Below, piece after piece: positions 16,991 to 26,502 of a stretch of 64,000 bases of DNA. Under the pieces are notes generated by a model. The model saw only the letters and a list, made by a program, of their open reading frames with translations. It was not told where the DNA came from and searched no databases. The stretch is from Elusimicrobiota bacterium (lineage in GTDB: Bacteria > Elusimicrobiota > Elusimicrobia > UBA1565 > UBA9628), in contig DMMY01000005.1 of NCBI GenBank assembly GCA_003452935.1, forward strand, positions 57,858-121,857, in the 5' to 3' direction. Position numbers and translations under genes: made by a program. The number at the start of each line of letters is the position of its first letter. Position 1 is the first letter of the stretch.

Positions 16991-19366
16991 TCAATTTTGC
17001 GCATACAGCTTTTCCAGGGCGCCGAGGGCCTGGGCCGGGGTGAATTCCAGGAGGATACGTTCCCGGCCCGCTTGCCCGAGCTTTCGGCGCAGGGAGGCGT
17101 CGTGGGCCAGGCGCAGGGCGGCCCGCAAAAGAGAAGCTTCATCGCGAGCCAGCAGCCCCGTGACATCCGGGATGACGGCGTCCTGGTTGCCCGGCGCGTC
17201 CGAGGCCACGACCGGCAGTCCCAGGGCCATGGCCTCCAGGACCGCGTTGGGCAAACCCTCCCAGCGGGAGTAATGGACCAGGATGTCGAGCTCGCGCATC
17301 TTCTCCAAGGCCTGTTCTGGCTTGAGCCAGCCGGTGATTTCCAGATTTCCTTGGAGGCCGCGCTCATGCGCGAGGCGCCGGATGTCTTCTTCCTGCTCGC
17401 CGCCGCCGATCCAGATAAAGCGCGCATCCGGCCGCGCCCGGCGCAGCCCGGCCGCCAGCCTGACGAAAGCCTCGGGATTTCGGGCCGCGGTCAGGCGGCC
17501 GCACGCGCCGAGCGCGAGGCCCTCATGGGGCAGCGGAGGCGGCGGCTCGGCGGGGCCGAGGTAGGGATCGCAGACCGTGTGTACGGGGTTTCCCCAGTTC
17601 AGGGAGCGGGCGAGTCTCGCCTCGCTCGGCGAGACCGCGACGATCTCTCCTATCCAGGACACGGACCATTCCGCGGCGCGGTAGAGCAGGCGGGAGGCCG
17701 GGCTCCGGTCCGTCTGGAGAAATGAATAGCCGTGGGGAGAGTAGAACACCCGCGGCGCCCCTGTAAGCCAAGCGGCCAGCCGGGCCAGGACTCCGGCCTT
17801 GGATGAGTGCGCGTGGACCGCGTCCGGGGCTTCCCGGCGCATGATGGAGCATAGCCGGACGAATGCTTTTAGGTCTCGCCCAAGGGAAATCTCCCGGACC
17901 ATGTCGGGCACGTGATAAGCGGTCTTGGCGCCGGGAACTTGGCCGCGGTATTGCTCCGGGTCTTCGCCGGGCCGGACCGCGTAGACCAGGACCGCGTCGA
18001 AGCGCCGGGGGTCGAGGCCGTTGCAGATGGCGGCCACCTGGTTGCCCGTGCCTCCGGGACCGCCGCACTCCAAGACTTCCAAGACCTTGGTTCGGCCTCC
18101 TTTTAAATTCGGACGCCGCGGCCCCAGGCTGGCGGCGAAAGGAAATAGGAGCGGGAGGTAGAGGATTTTATGCCGCGTGGCGCTGCCCAGGTCGAATTCC
18201 AGCAGCGCCGAACCCGCGGCCATGACCGCGAAAAGGCTCAAGAGAAGCCATCGCGCTATTGTTTTTGGCCCGCGCCAAGCCCCGAGCAAGCCGGCCAAGG
18301 CGAGGATCAGGAGCACGGAGTTCTCCAGGGCCGCCAACACGCGTCCGAGGTTTCCGTCCATGGCATAGAGGCCGGGCAGGGGCATGAAGAGGACGTAGAA
18401 AACCCCTTTGGGCAGAAACGCGAGAACATCCCACCAATTGTTGAATTCCAAATCAACGAAGAGCTGCGTGCCGATCTCGCGGCCGGCGTTGTCCTTGGCC
18501 CATATCCGGTCCGAAAGCTGGCGGACGCGCCGCGTTTCCGAGAGATTGCGCGGGCTGTAGGGCGCGACATACCGGTCGAGACTGGGACTGTAGGTGGGGG
18601 GCATGATGGCATGGATCACGGCCGGGTCCGGCACATCCGAGGGGGGCGGCTTGAGGCAATCAGTGAAGATCACGCGGCTTAGGTGCAGGTAAAGCACGGG
18701 GGCGCCTGCCACGAGCGCGGCCGTTGCCAGAACCTTTCCCCAGGGCAGGCCCCGGCGCAAGCGTCTGGCTGTTTCAGCGCATAAGCCGGCGGCCAGGACG
18801 CAGGCCGTGGTCGCGGCCAAATAGCTGCGCAGAAACCCGACTCCCACCAGGGCTCCTACAGCGGCCAGACCATCAGCCGGCCGGATGGGATTGTCGCGAA
18901 AAATCCTCAGGACGAAGGCCAGCGCCGCATAGGCCAGGAGCAGTATCCAGGAGTCCTTGAAGTTCTGGGACGTAAAGAAGATGTGCGAAGGCCATAAGGA
19001 GAGGCATAGGGCGCTTATGGCGGCGGGCCCCGCTCCAAATAAAGGAGCGCTGAATTTAAAGAAAACGACGATGACCAGGGCGCCGAAAAAGGAGTTGAGG
19101 ATCTTGGTCAGGAGCGGGTGGAAGCCGAAGGCTCTGTAGCAGCAGGCCAGCAGGAAGGCATGAGTGCGCTGTGACGGGTGGCGCGCCGAGAGATATTCCT
19201 CGCCCCGTTGCCAGGAGGAAACCATGTCCCGGGCCGTTTCCTCCATGAGCCGGGCATCGGTGTAGTAGTGGGCGGGGAAAACAGGCTTGACCTCGCTGAC
19301 CAATGCAAAGCCGACGCGCAGGCTCAGGGCCAGCAGGAACAGGAGGCGCGCCGGGGACTTGGTCAT
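16991..19366 (-). CDS. Fusion protein: N-terminal ~420-aa polytopic membrane domain (paralog of 28064..29404) plus a C-terminal GT4 glycosyltransferase
   Basis: The N-terminal half is hydrophobic multi-TM, ends in the motif FDLGSATRH and aligns with the standalone protein at 28064..29404 (VDLGSATRH). The C-terminal half has GT4 hallmarks: KVLEVLECGGPGGTGNQ, HAHSSKAG and EGLPNAVLEAMALGLPVVASD. Confidence 0.7.
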   Translation of the reverse strand: MTKSPARLLFLLALSLRVGFALVSEVKPVFPAHYYTDARLMEETARDMVSSWQRGEEYLSARHPSQRTHAFLLACCYRAFGFHPLLTKILNSFFGALVIVVFFKFSAPLFGAGPAAISALCLSLWPSHIFFTSQNFKDSWILLLAYAALAFVLRIFRDNPIRPADGLAAVGALVGVGFLRSYLAATTACVLAAGLCAETARRLRRGLPWGKVLATAALVAGAPVLYLHLSRVIFTDCLKPPPSDVPDPAVIHAIMPPTYSPSLDRYVAPYSPRNLSETRRVRQLSDRIWAKDNAGREIGTQLFVDLEFNNWWDVLAFLPKGVFYVLFMPLPGLYAMDGNLGRVLAALENSVLLILALAGLLGAWRGPKTIARWLLLSLFAVMAAGSALLEFDLGSATRHKILYLPLLFPFAASLGPRRPNLKGGRTKVLEVLECGGPGGTGNQVAAICNGLDPRRFDAVLVYAVRPGEDPEQYRGQVPGAKTAYHVPDMVREISLGRDLKAFVRLCSIMRREAPDAVHAHSSKAGVLARLAAWLTGAPRVFYSPHGYSFLQTDRSPASRLLYRAAEWSVSWIGEIVAVSPSEARLARSLNWGNPVHTVCDPYLGPAEPPPPLPHEGLALGACGRLTAARNPEAFVRLAAGLRRARPDARFIWIGGGEQEEDIRRLAHERGLQGNLEITGWLKPEQALEKMRELDILVHYSRWEGLPNAVLEAMALGLPVVASDAPGNQDAVIPDVTGLLARDEASLLRAALRLAHDASLRRKLGQAGRERILLEFTPAQALGALEKLYAQN

Positions 19367-20556
19367 GTCTGCGCCTCTGCCTTGACCCAGATGATGATAA
19401 GGAAGGTGGCGACCAGTTCATTCTGGAAGGATATTTCCGTCAGGTTCATGACCAGGAACGCGGCCATGGTCCCCAAAGCCCATAGATTCCAAGCGTTGGG
19501 CAGAGCCCTGACCCTTTGCCAGGCCCTTGCCAGCATGGCCGCGAACAAAGCCAGAAGCGCGGCCAGACCCAGCAGGCCTCTTTCCGCCAACTGGTGCAGA
19601 TACAGACTATGGGCCGAGCCCCACACGCGTTGGGTGGCGATCTCTCCGGAAAAATAGCGCGGAAACACCGTGCGGTAATTTCCCGGCCCCACGCCCAAGA
19701 CCGGGTGGTCGCGAAACGCGCGCCACGCCACGTCCCAGAGCGCAAGCCGGTCGAGTTGGGGGTTGGAGCCGGGTTTGGCTACGGTGGCGCCGAAATCGCG
19801 CAGGGAGCCCAGCAAGGATCTGTGTGTGGGCAGAAGCTCCAAGGCGACTGCGCCCAGCATGGCGGCCAAGAGGGCCCATTTGATCCAGCGGCGCAGTTCG
19901 CGGTCCGCGGCGCAGAGCGTCAGAAACCCGATGAACAAGGCCAGGAAAGCGGCCCGGGTTTGGTTGAGGATGAAGGCCAAAGTCCCGATCCCCAAAAAAA
20001 CGAGCAATTCCCTTTGCCGAGGCTGATTCTGGCCGGGACGCAGGAGAAAGCAGAGCGCCCCCAACAAGGCCAGGGCCAGCATGTCGCCGTAGGTCACCGG
20101 GTGCATGAACCCGGAGGCGCGGATCCAGAACCAGCCGTTGGCCGCGCTTTTCACCACGGACTGCGCGGCGCCGTAGCCCGCGACGGCGGTAAAGCCCAGG
20201 ACCAGGGCCGCGGCCGCCGGGGCTTCGGGCGCGCAGACGCAGGCGAGCAAAAGAGCGTAGAAGACGCCGATCTTGTGCAGTTCCTTGGGCAGGATGCGCA
20301 GGCTTTCCGCGGGCGCGACCCCGAGCGCGCCGGTCAAGGCGCACACGGCGACGTATATCCAAAGGCAGAGGGCGGCGGCTCCCCATGTCCTGCGCCAGGG
20401 CAGGCGGCCCGCGCTTAGGGCATGCCACATCAGCCCCGCGCACACCAGCCCCAGGGCTATATTGGTCCCGGCGATGGAAAAGGGCAGGGCCAGGCAGAGC
20501 GCCGTTACGGAGGCGGCCATGAGGCCCTTAGGGGACAACGGGATCTTATGCATCCC
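19363..20556 (-). CDS. O-antigen ligase/polymerase-like (Wzy_C-type) polytopic membrane protein
   Basis: ~10-12 predicted TM segments with a central loop region (LNQTRAAFLALFIGFL...) typical of Wzy/WaaL family proteins. The track ORF starts at 20634; an internal MHKIPL start at about 20556 is preferred because it only marginally overlaps the upstream gene. Confidence 0.65.
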   Translation of the reverse strand, partial: GMHKIPLSPKGLMAASVTALCLALPFSIAGTNIALGLVCAGLMWHALSAGRLPWRRTWGAAALCLWIYVAVCALTGALGVAPAESLRILPKELHKIGVFYALLLACVCAPEAPAAAALVLGFTAVAGYGAAQSVVKSAANGWFWIRASGFMHPVTYGDMLALALLGALCFLLRPGQNQPRQRELLVFLGIGTLAFILNQTRAAFLALFIGFLTLCAADRELRRWIKWALLAAMLGAVALELLPTHRSLLGSLRDFGATVAKPGSNPQLDRLALWDVAWRAFRDHPVLGVGPGNYRTVFPRYFSGEIATQRVWGSAHSLYLHQLAERGLLGLAALLALFAAMLARAWQRVRALPNAWNLWALGTMAAFLVMNLTEISFQNELVATFLIIIWVKAEAQT

Positions 20557-22630
20557 CGTCCCTGATTTCAGAGGATACGGTGGTTTCTCCGATCTTGCGG
20601 GAGTTCCGGCCGATCCCGATGCTGTAAATCTCAAGCCTGACCCGGCAAGGGCCTATGGGCAAAGTCCCTTTTGTGCGCAGGACATAGGATTCGCGCATCG
20701 CCCGGCCCGCGCGCCATGACGACGGCGGCTTTTGATCGTTGAAAAGAGGCCAGAGCACCGGGGTTTTTCGGCCCAACGTCGGCGAGGGATAGACCGGCTC
20801 GTAAAGGACGCGGCTGCGGTTGTCGTACACGGTGAGCAGCACGACGAAATCATCGGTTTGGCTGCGGCGCGCGATCCAGCCGAGGTCCAGGCGCAGGAGC
20901 TCCGGCTTGGCCTGCAGGGCAACCTCGGCGAGCTCCAAGCCCGGCATTCCGGGCACCGCGGAGCCTGACCGCGCGGAAGCGGGTTTTTCCTCGACTTTGT
21001 CCAGGGCCGCGGCCATGTCCAGCCGGACCAGGCTCTGACAGCCGGGCACTGGCCGCGTCTCGCGTTCAAAAGCCCGGCCTTGTGGGTCCCGCATGCGCAC
21101 TTCACGGATGCAGCGGAACTCCGTTCCGGAGATATAGGCGACGGCGTTGATGCGGGAATACGGCAGCCAGCGAAACGTGGAGCGGTTCCATATGGAAAGA
21201 TCGTTCAAATAGAACGCCCCTTCCCGCGTCGGCGTGAGCTGGTAATCGCCGTCTACGAGGTTCTTCCGGCCCGCGGCGCGGATAGCGGCCATGGGGGCGT
21301 CATGGTAGAGGTGGAAGGCCGGGGCTTTCTTGACGTAACGGGGCGCGCCTATGACGAAAATGTTTTCGAAATCCGGGAAGAATCGGGCGGCCTCCTTGAG
21401 ATATGCCTGGTGCAAGCGGTGCGTGTAGGCCCATTCGCTGCCTTCGTGAACATTGGCGACCACGGCGTTGGCGAAGAGAAGAACCGACAAGACCGTCAGC
21501 GTCCGGCCCGCGAGCGGACGGCTCTTTATCAGCCAGACGGCCGTCCCCACGCACAGGAAGGCCCAGCCCAGGGAAGGGAGATAATTGTGGCGGGGGTTCA
21601 TGTACCAGAAATAATTGGGCAGGTAGGCGAGAAAGAACCAGGCGCAGCCGAAAAACATAAGGCGCAGCGGAGCCGGGGAAACGCGCCAGGCATCCCATGA
21701 GGGCCGATCAGCCTCGGCCCAGCGGCGCACGAGGCGCGCGATCAGCCAGCCTGTGAGCAAGGCGGCCGCGGTCAGGGCCGCGGTCCAGCCCCAATGCGAA
21801 AGCCGTCCCGGGCTGGGCAGGGAAAACATCCCTTTGATTGGTTCAAGAATGCTCTGGGGCAGGCGTAATAGGATATTTTTCCACTGGATCACCGGCCTGC
21901 CGCCGAATGATTTTTCCGAGAAATGCCGCATGAGGACATGGGTCAGGTTGAGGCTCAAGACCAATGCCGCGGCCATCAGGAAAACACGAGGCCGGCGCTC
22001 CTGCGGAGAGCTTCGAAACCACAGCAGCATGAGAAGCAGCGGCCAAAGGAAAAACACTTGATCGTAGGTGAACAGTGCCGCGATATAAAGCCCGAGGCAT
22101 GCGAACAGCCTCCGCGGAAGGCTGGTCTTGCGCCGGGCGGCGAGCCAGAAAGCCAGGAGGCAAAGCAGCGTGGGGATCTCGCATTGAACGAATTGCGTGA
22201 ACCAGAAATGAGTTTCCCCGTGGTTGGGCAGGAGGGCGAAGATCAGGGCGATGGGCAGGGCCACGCAAGGCAAGGCCGTGAGCTCCCAGGCCAGAAGATA
22301 TGCCAGAATGGCGCTTAAAGCGTCGCCAAGGAGGATAATGCGGTGGAGCCAAAGCGCGGATTGGTTGGTGATTCCCGCCAAGATCCAGAAAAAAAATATT
22401 TGGAGGTTTCGCCCGGGAACATAATGAAGGAAATAGTCCCATACCTCGGCCGCGGGCTGGCGAACCGTCATCAAGAAGGAATGATCGTCCATGTAGAAAC
22501 CGGACCATAGGCCAGGGGCGAACGTGGCCAGGACTATGGCCACGACGATGAGCAGGGGCAGCCAGGATTTTTTATAGAGAGAATCAGACACTTGCAGGCG
22601 CCGGGAGGGATCGTGTCGTCCCTGAGGCAT
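20546..22630 (-). CDS. GT-C-fold-like polytopic membrane protein with a C-terminal soluble domain (ArnT/PMT-like glycosyltransferase candidate)
   Basis: 694 aa. The N-terminal ~400 aa has many TM helices and an early FYMDDHSFLM motif in the first loop (acidic DD resembles the GT-C catalytic loop). The C-terminal ~290 aa is soluble. It is a paralog of the divergently transcribed 22679..24265 (FYQDDWFTME). Confidence 0.5.
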   Translation of the reverse strand: MPQGRHDPSRRLQVSDSLYKKSWLPLLIVVAIVLATFAPGLWSGFYMDDHSFLMTVRQPAAEVWDYFLHYVPGRNLQIFFFWILAGITNQSALWLHRIILLGDALSAILAYLLAWELTALPCVALPIALIFALLPNHGETHFWFTQFVQCEIPTLLCLLAFWLAARRKTSLPRRLFACLGLYIAALFTYDQVFFLWPLLLMLLWFRSSPQERRPRVFLMAAALVLSLNLTHVLMRHFSEKSFGGRPVIQWKNILLRLPQSILEPIKGMFSLPSPGRLSHWGWTAALTAAALLTGWLIARLVRRWAEADRPSWDAWRVSPAPLRLMFFGCAWFFLAYLPNYFWYMNPRHNYLPSLGWAFLCVGTAVWLIKSRPLAGRTLTVLSVLLFANAVVANVHEGSEWAYTHRLHQAYLKEAARFFPDFENIFVIGAPRYVKKAPAFHLYHDAPMAAIRAAGRKNLVDGDYQLTPTREGAFYLNDLSIWNRSTFRWLPYSRINAVAYISGTEFRCIREVRMRDPQGRAFERETRPVPGCQSLVRLDMAAALDKVEEKPASARSGSAVPGMPGLELAEVALQAKPELLRLDLGWIARRSQTDDFVVLLTVYDNRSRVLYEPVYPSPTLGRKTPVLWPLFNDQKPPSSWRAGRAMRESYVLRTKGTLPIGPCRVRLEIYSIGIGRNSRKIGETTVSSEIRDGDA

Positions 22631-22678
22631 CCGGAATTATAACAAAAGCAGCCGAGCGTATTTTTTCCGTTTGGTATA

Positions 22679-24265
22679 ATGGTCGTCTCGAAATCCTTTA
22701 TGCTTATTGACTCGCGGCCTTGCCGGGCATGGCTCTTGGCCGCGGCCTTGATCGCGGCCGTGCTCGGGGCTTGGCTTGCCTTTCCTCCGACGGGTTTTTA
22801 CCAGGACGATTGGTTCACCATGGAGGACTCCGCGCGCGGCCGCACTCTGCTCGACGCCGTGCATGCCTTCGCCGCCCGCGGCTGGAACTGGCGGCGGCCC
22901 GCGCAGATCGTGCTCATGCCTCTGGCTCATAGAGCGGCTCTTAATCGGCCGGCCGTAGCCGCCGGCATCCTCGCGTTTCTCGTGGCCCTCGAGGCGTTGC
23001 TCCTTTATGGACTGGTGCGTCGCATGACCGGAAGAGCCGCAACGGCGTTGGCGGTTACGGGGTTCGTGCTTCTTTATCCGGGTAGGCCGTCTTTTCAGAT
23101 GTGGTTCGCCGACATACTGCAGACCACGGCTCAGCCTCTCGTGCTCGGGGGGCTCTGGCTTTATAGGGATTGGGTCGAGTCACGCCGGCCCGCCAGGCTG
23201 TTCCTGGCCCTGGGCCTTTATCTTGCCGGAGCATCATGTTATGAGGCCGCTTTTTTTCTGCCCCTGATACTTTTGGCTGATCCGGCCATTCTTCCAGGCG
23301 CTGGGCCCTGGCGGATGCGGCTGCGCCGCGTGGCCGCCCGGACCTGGCCTCTGGCCTTGGCCATGGCAGCGGCCGTTCTCTGGAATCAGGTGATTCTCGC
23401 GTGGATTACTTCAACGGCGCTGAGGCCCCCGAGTTGGTCCCTGGGTCTGGCGTTGAAAGGCTTGGGGGCCGGTTTTGAATGCGTCAGTTCGCGCGTCCTG
23501 CATGAGTGCCTGCGGTCCGTGGGCCCGGCCTTGCGGGGATTCTCGGCCGGGCATTGGCTCTTGGCCGCGGCCTTGGCGATTTTTTTCGCCTGGGCGCTGG
23601 AGTCCGCTTTGCGCCGCGAAGCCGAGGCTCTTCCCACGACCTGGTGGGTCGGCACGGCCGCCGCCTTCTTAGGGGCTTACCTGCCCTACGCTTTCTCAGG
23701 AGGCTACCAGCCGACCATGCACGGCATCATGAGCCGGACCAACGGCGCGGGCGCCTGGGTTTTCGGCATGCTGGCCGCGGGCATCCTGGCTTCCTGGCCC
23801 GCGTCATGGTCCCGGTTTCGGCCTTGGTGCTTGGGTCTGGCGGCCATGCTGCTTCTGCCGGCCAATTGGACGCAGCGGCAGGATTGGGCGAGAGCCTGGA
23901 GGGAACAGCAAAGGATACTCGACGATATCCGGATTCAAGCCAAGGATATTCCCGGCCCGGCCACGATCGTCCTTTCCTCATCGCTCTATGTCGGCGATGT
24001 GGTCGTGTTTGACGCTCCCTATGATTTCGATTCAGCCCTGCATTTGGCCATCAACCGCAAGGATTTGACCGGAGCCATCGATTCGTGGCGGTTTCGATTT
24101 CGCCCGGATCGAGCCTTGGAGGCGCCAGGGGGACAGTTCGTCAGAGAATATAGTTACGATCGGATGTTCCTTTATGATCCTCAAACGCGCGAGCTGCTCA
24201 GGGTCTCTGGGCCGCCGGATGCCCGTTGGGCCAAAGAACATCCGGCGCGCCTGATCCAGCTCTGA
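22679..24265 (+). CDS. GT-C-fold-like polytopic membrane protein (paralog of 20546..22630)
   Basis: 528 aa, multi-TM, with an early loop motif FYQDDWFTMED. The likely start is the internal M at about 22700, because an extended -10-like TGGTATAAT overlaps the 22679 ATG. First gene of a 4-gene plus-strand operon. Confidence 0.5.
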   Translation: MVVSKSFMLIDSRPCRAWLLAAALIAAVLGAWLAFPPTGFYQDDWFTMEDSARGRTLLDAVHAFAARGWNWRRPAQIVLMPLAHRAALNRPAVAAGILAFLVALEALLLYGLVRRMTGRAATALAVTGFVLLYPGRPSFQMWFADILQTTAQPLVLGGLWLYRDWVESRRPARLFLALGLYLAGASCYEAAFFLPLILLADPAILPGAGPWRMRLRRVAARTWPLALAMAAAVLWNQVILAWITSTALRPPSWSLGLALKGLGAGFECVSSRVLHECLRSVGPALRGFSAGHWLLAAALAIFFAWALESALRREAEALPTTWWVGTAAAFLGAYLPYAFSGGYQPTMHGIMSRTNGAGAWVFGMLAAGILASWPASWSRFRPWCLGLAAMLLLPANWTQRQDWARAWREQQRILDDIRIQAKDIPGPATIVLSSSLYVGDVVVFDAPYDFDSALHLAINRKDLTGAIDSWRFRFRPDRALEAPGGQFVREYSYDRMFLYDPQTRELLRVSGPPDARWAKEHPARLIQL

Positions 24266-24315
24266 TTTTTCCAGGTGCGGCCGTCAAGTCTCCAGAGTTG
24301 GTATGATATCGCAGG

Positions 24316-26502
24316 TTGGAAGGAACTAAGACGGCAGTAAATCCCCCTGATATGGGCCGGCGGATATGGGACCGCCAGCCGCTTTTGGCGGCGTGCGTTG
24401 TTTTGGGCTTGTTTCTGTTGTGGCAGGGATTTTCCCTTCATTCTTTCCTAAGAACGGAAACGAGGCCTCCGGCCTGGGACCAGGCCAATCATCTGGACGT
24501 CGCTTGGGAGTATAGGGACGCCCTGCTCCAGGGAGACTGGGGGCGCGTCTGGAACTTCGTCCCAAAGAGCGATATCCCGCCTTTCCCGCCGCTCTATCAC
24601 CTCGCCCTGGCCTCGGCGCTGAGTTCTGGGAACCAGACTTGGATTGTGCTCTGGGTCAATTGGGTCTATCTGGTCCTGTTGAGCTTTTCCCTGCTGGGCA
24701 TTGCCTGGGAAATGCGTCGGGAAGTCTCGGCCGCGGCCGCGCCGCTCATCTTGGCCGGGACTCCCATCGTGCTATGGCTTTTTTATAACCAGCTTCCGGA
24801 TCTGGCGTTGACCGCCTGCGCCGCCCTGGCCTACTGGATGCTGCTGCGCTGCGCGGGTTTTTCGCGCTGGCCCTGGGCTTTGGGATTCGGCGGAGCATTC
24901 GCCTTCGGCATGCTTCATAAATGGAGTTTTTTCAGCTATCTGTGGCCCGCCTATTGGCTGGCTTTTCAGGCCTGGCGGAGGCGTGAAAACCGGGCCCAGG
25001 TCTTGGCGGCTGCTGCCTTGGCGCTGGCCTTGGCCTTGCCGTGGTATGCTGTCCGTTTCCCCCTGGTTCTGACTCGTCTGGTCGCGGCTTCCTCTGATTT
25101 TGCCGTGCCGTTTTGGCGGCAGGGGGCTTTCTTCCAGTATTTCCGGGACATGATTCCAAACCTGGGGATATTCTTCTTCGCCCTGGCTTGGGCGGGAGCC
25201 TTTCGTCCCAAGGTCTTGCGGGAGTCCGCTCAGGCGCGAGTGCTGCTGGCCTGGGTCCTGTCTTCGTATCTGTTTTGGGCCATTGTCCCGAACCGACAGA
25301 TGCGCTACCTCCTGCCCGGGCTGCCCGGCTTGGCGGTTTTATGTTGGCTGGCCTGGCCCAAGAGGATCATATGGGGCTTGGCGGCTTTGCAGGTGTTGAC
25401 CGCGGCCAATTTCACGCGAGGTTGGATCAAGCCCGTGTCATTGCCTGCGCCGCTGGGCTTGGTTCAATTTTTTCCGCAAGGAATGCCGCGCCGGGAAGAC
25501 TGGCGCATCGAGGAGATACTGCGCGAAGCGTCCGGCAGGTCCCGCACGGATTTGGTCCTTGCGGCCAACCATCCGTTCTTCAATGAACTTAATTTTATTT
25601 GGACCGCGCGCCGGCTGGGCCTGGATTCGGTCCGATTGTCAGGCCCCGGCGCGTCCTTGTGGGAACTTTCCGATTTGGTCCTGCTCAAGGAAGGGGACCT
25701 TGGCCCGGCCGCAGTGACGGCCGGACTGCCTGAAATATCGGCCGAGATGAACCGGCCGGGCGGCTGGTTCGAGGCCGCGTACGGCGAAGCCAAGCGTTGG
25801 CCCCTGCCTGACGGGTCCGCGGCCGTGCTCTTCGAGAAGAAAAAATATTTGCAGAGACCTTTCCCGGCCAGGGCGTTGAATATGGACCGCCTCGATGCGG
25901 GGGCTCTGGCCATGTCCGGACTGCGCGTTATGTTTGGCGATTGGGACCCAAAGGCTTCGGTCTTTCGCCGCGTCTCCCTTTCCGCCAAGGAAGCGCTCTG
26001 GCGGGGTCTGCGGGTCCGTGACCTTAGACTGGACTTGGAAGATGCCCTGCCCTGGCCTGAAAGCCGGGATCTGGAGCGCGGCCGCTGGCGCTTGCTCAAG
26101 CTGGGACGGGTACGGATTGCCGCGGCCTCTGTTTCAGCCGGGGATTTGGAGCTCTTGCTGTTGAATCGCGGAGTGCGCGCGCGGCGGCTGGAACTCGAGG
26201 GAGGATTGCGCCTGGACGCTTCCTATCGCGGGTTGCCGGTTTCCATAAAGGCCGGGCTTGAGCAGGCTGATTCCGGAGAGTTCCTCCGCCTTGGCGTGAG
26301 CGAGTTCCGGTTGGGAGGCGTTTCCTTGCCGGCTGAGAGGATGGTCCGGTTTTTCCTGGGCGCGCCCCTGCTGGCGGCGCGCCGGCTTGGCCGCTCTACG
26401 GCGATCGAGACCGCGCTGCATCCCGGCGAGCCGAAGATCCTTCCCTTTGCCGTGGATTTGGCCGGATTTTCTTTTCATTCCGGGAGGATGACGGTCCCAT
26501 GA
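24316..26502 (+). CDS. ArnT/PMT-like (GT39/GT83-type) GT-C membrane glycosyltransferase with a C-terminal periplasmic domain
   Basis: 728 aa. The N-terminal ~400 aa resemble ArnT-type polyprenyl-phosphate-sugar-dependent transferases: early periplasmic loop PPAWDQANHLDVAWEY, 10+ TM helices and KWSFFSYLWPAYWLAF. A ~300-aa soluble C-terminal domain follows. Confidence 0.65.
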   Translation: MEGTKTAVNPPDMGRRIWDRQPLLAACVVLGLFLLWQGFSLHSFLRTETRPPAWDQANHLDVAWEYRDALLQGDWGRVWNFVPKSDIPPFPPLYHLALASALSSGNQTWIVLWVNWVYLVLLSFSLLGIAWEMRREVSAAAAPLILAGTPIVLWLFYNQLPDLALTACAALAYWMLLRCAGFSRWPWALGFGGAFAFGMLHKWSFFSYLWPAYWLAFQAWRRRENRAQVLAAAALALALALPWYAVRFPLVLTRLVAASSDFAVPFWRQGAFFQYFRDMIPNLGIFFFALAWAGAFRPKVLRESAQARVLLAWVLSSYLFWAIVPNRQMRYLLPGLPGLAVLCWLAWPKRIIWGLAALQVLTAANFTRGWIKPVSLPAPLGLVQFFPQGMPRREDWRIEEILREASGRSRTDLVLAANHPFFNELNFIWTARRLGLDSVRLSGPGASLWELSDLVLLKEGDLGPAAVTAGLPEISAEMNRPGGWFEAAYGEAKRWPLPDGSAAVLFEKKKYLQRPFPARALNMDRLDAGALAMSGLRVMFGDWDPKASVFRRVSLSAKEALWRGLRVRDLRLDLEDALPWPESRDLERGRWRLLKLGRVRIAAASVSAGDLELLLLNRGVRARRLELEGGLRLDASYRGLPVSIKAGLEQADSGEFLRLGVSEFRLGGVSLPAERMVRFFLGAPLLAARRLGRSTAIETALHPGEPKILPFAVDLAGFSFHSGRMTVP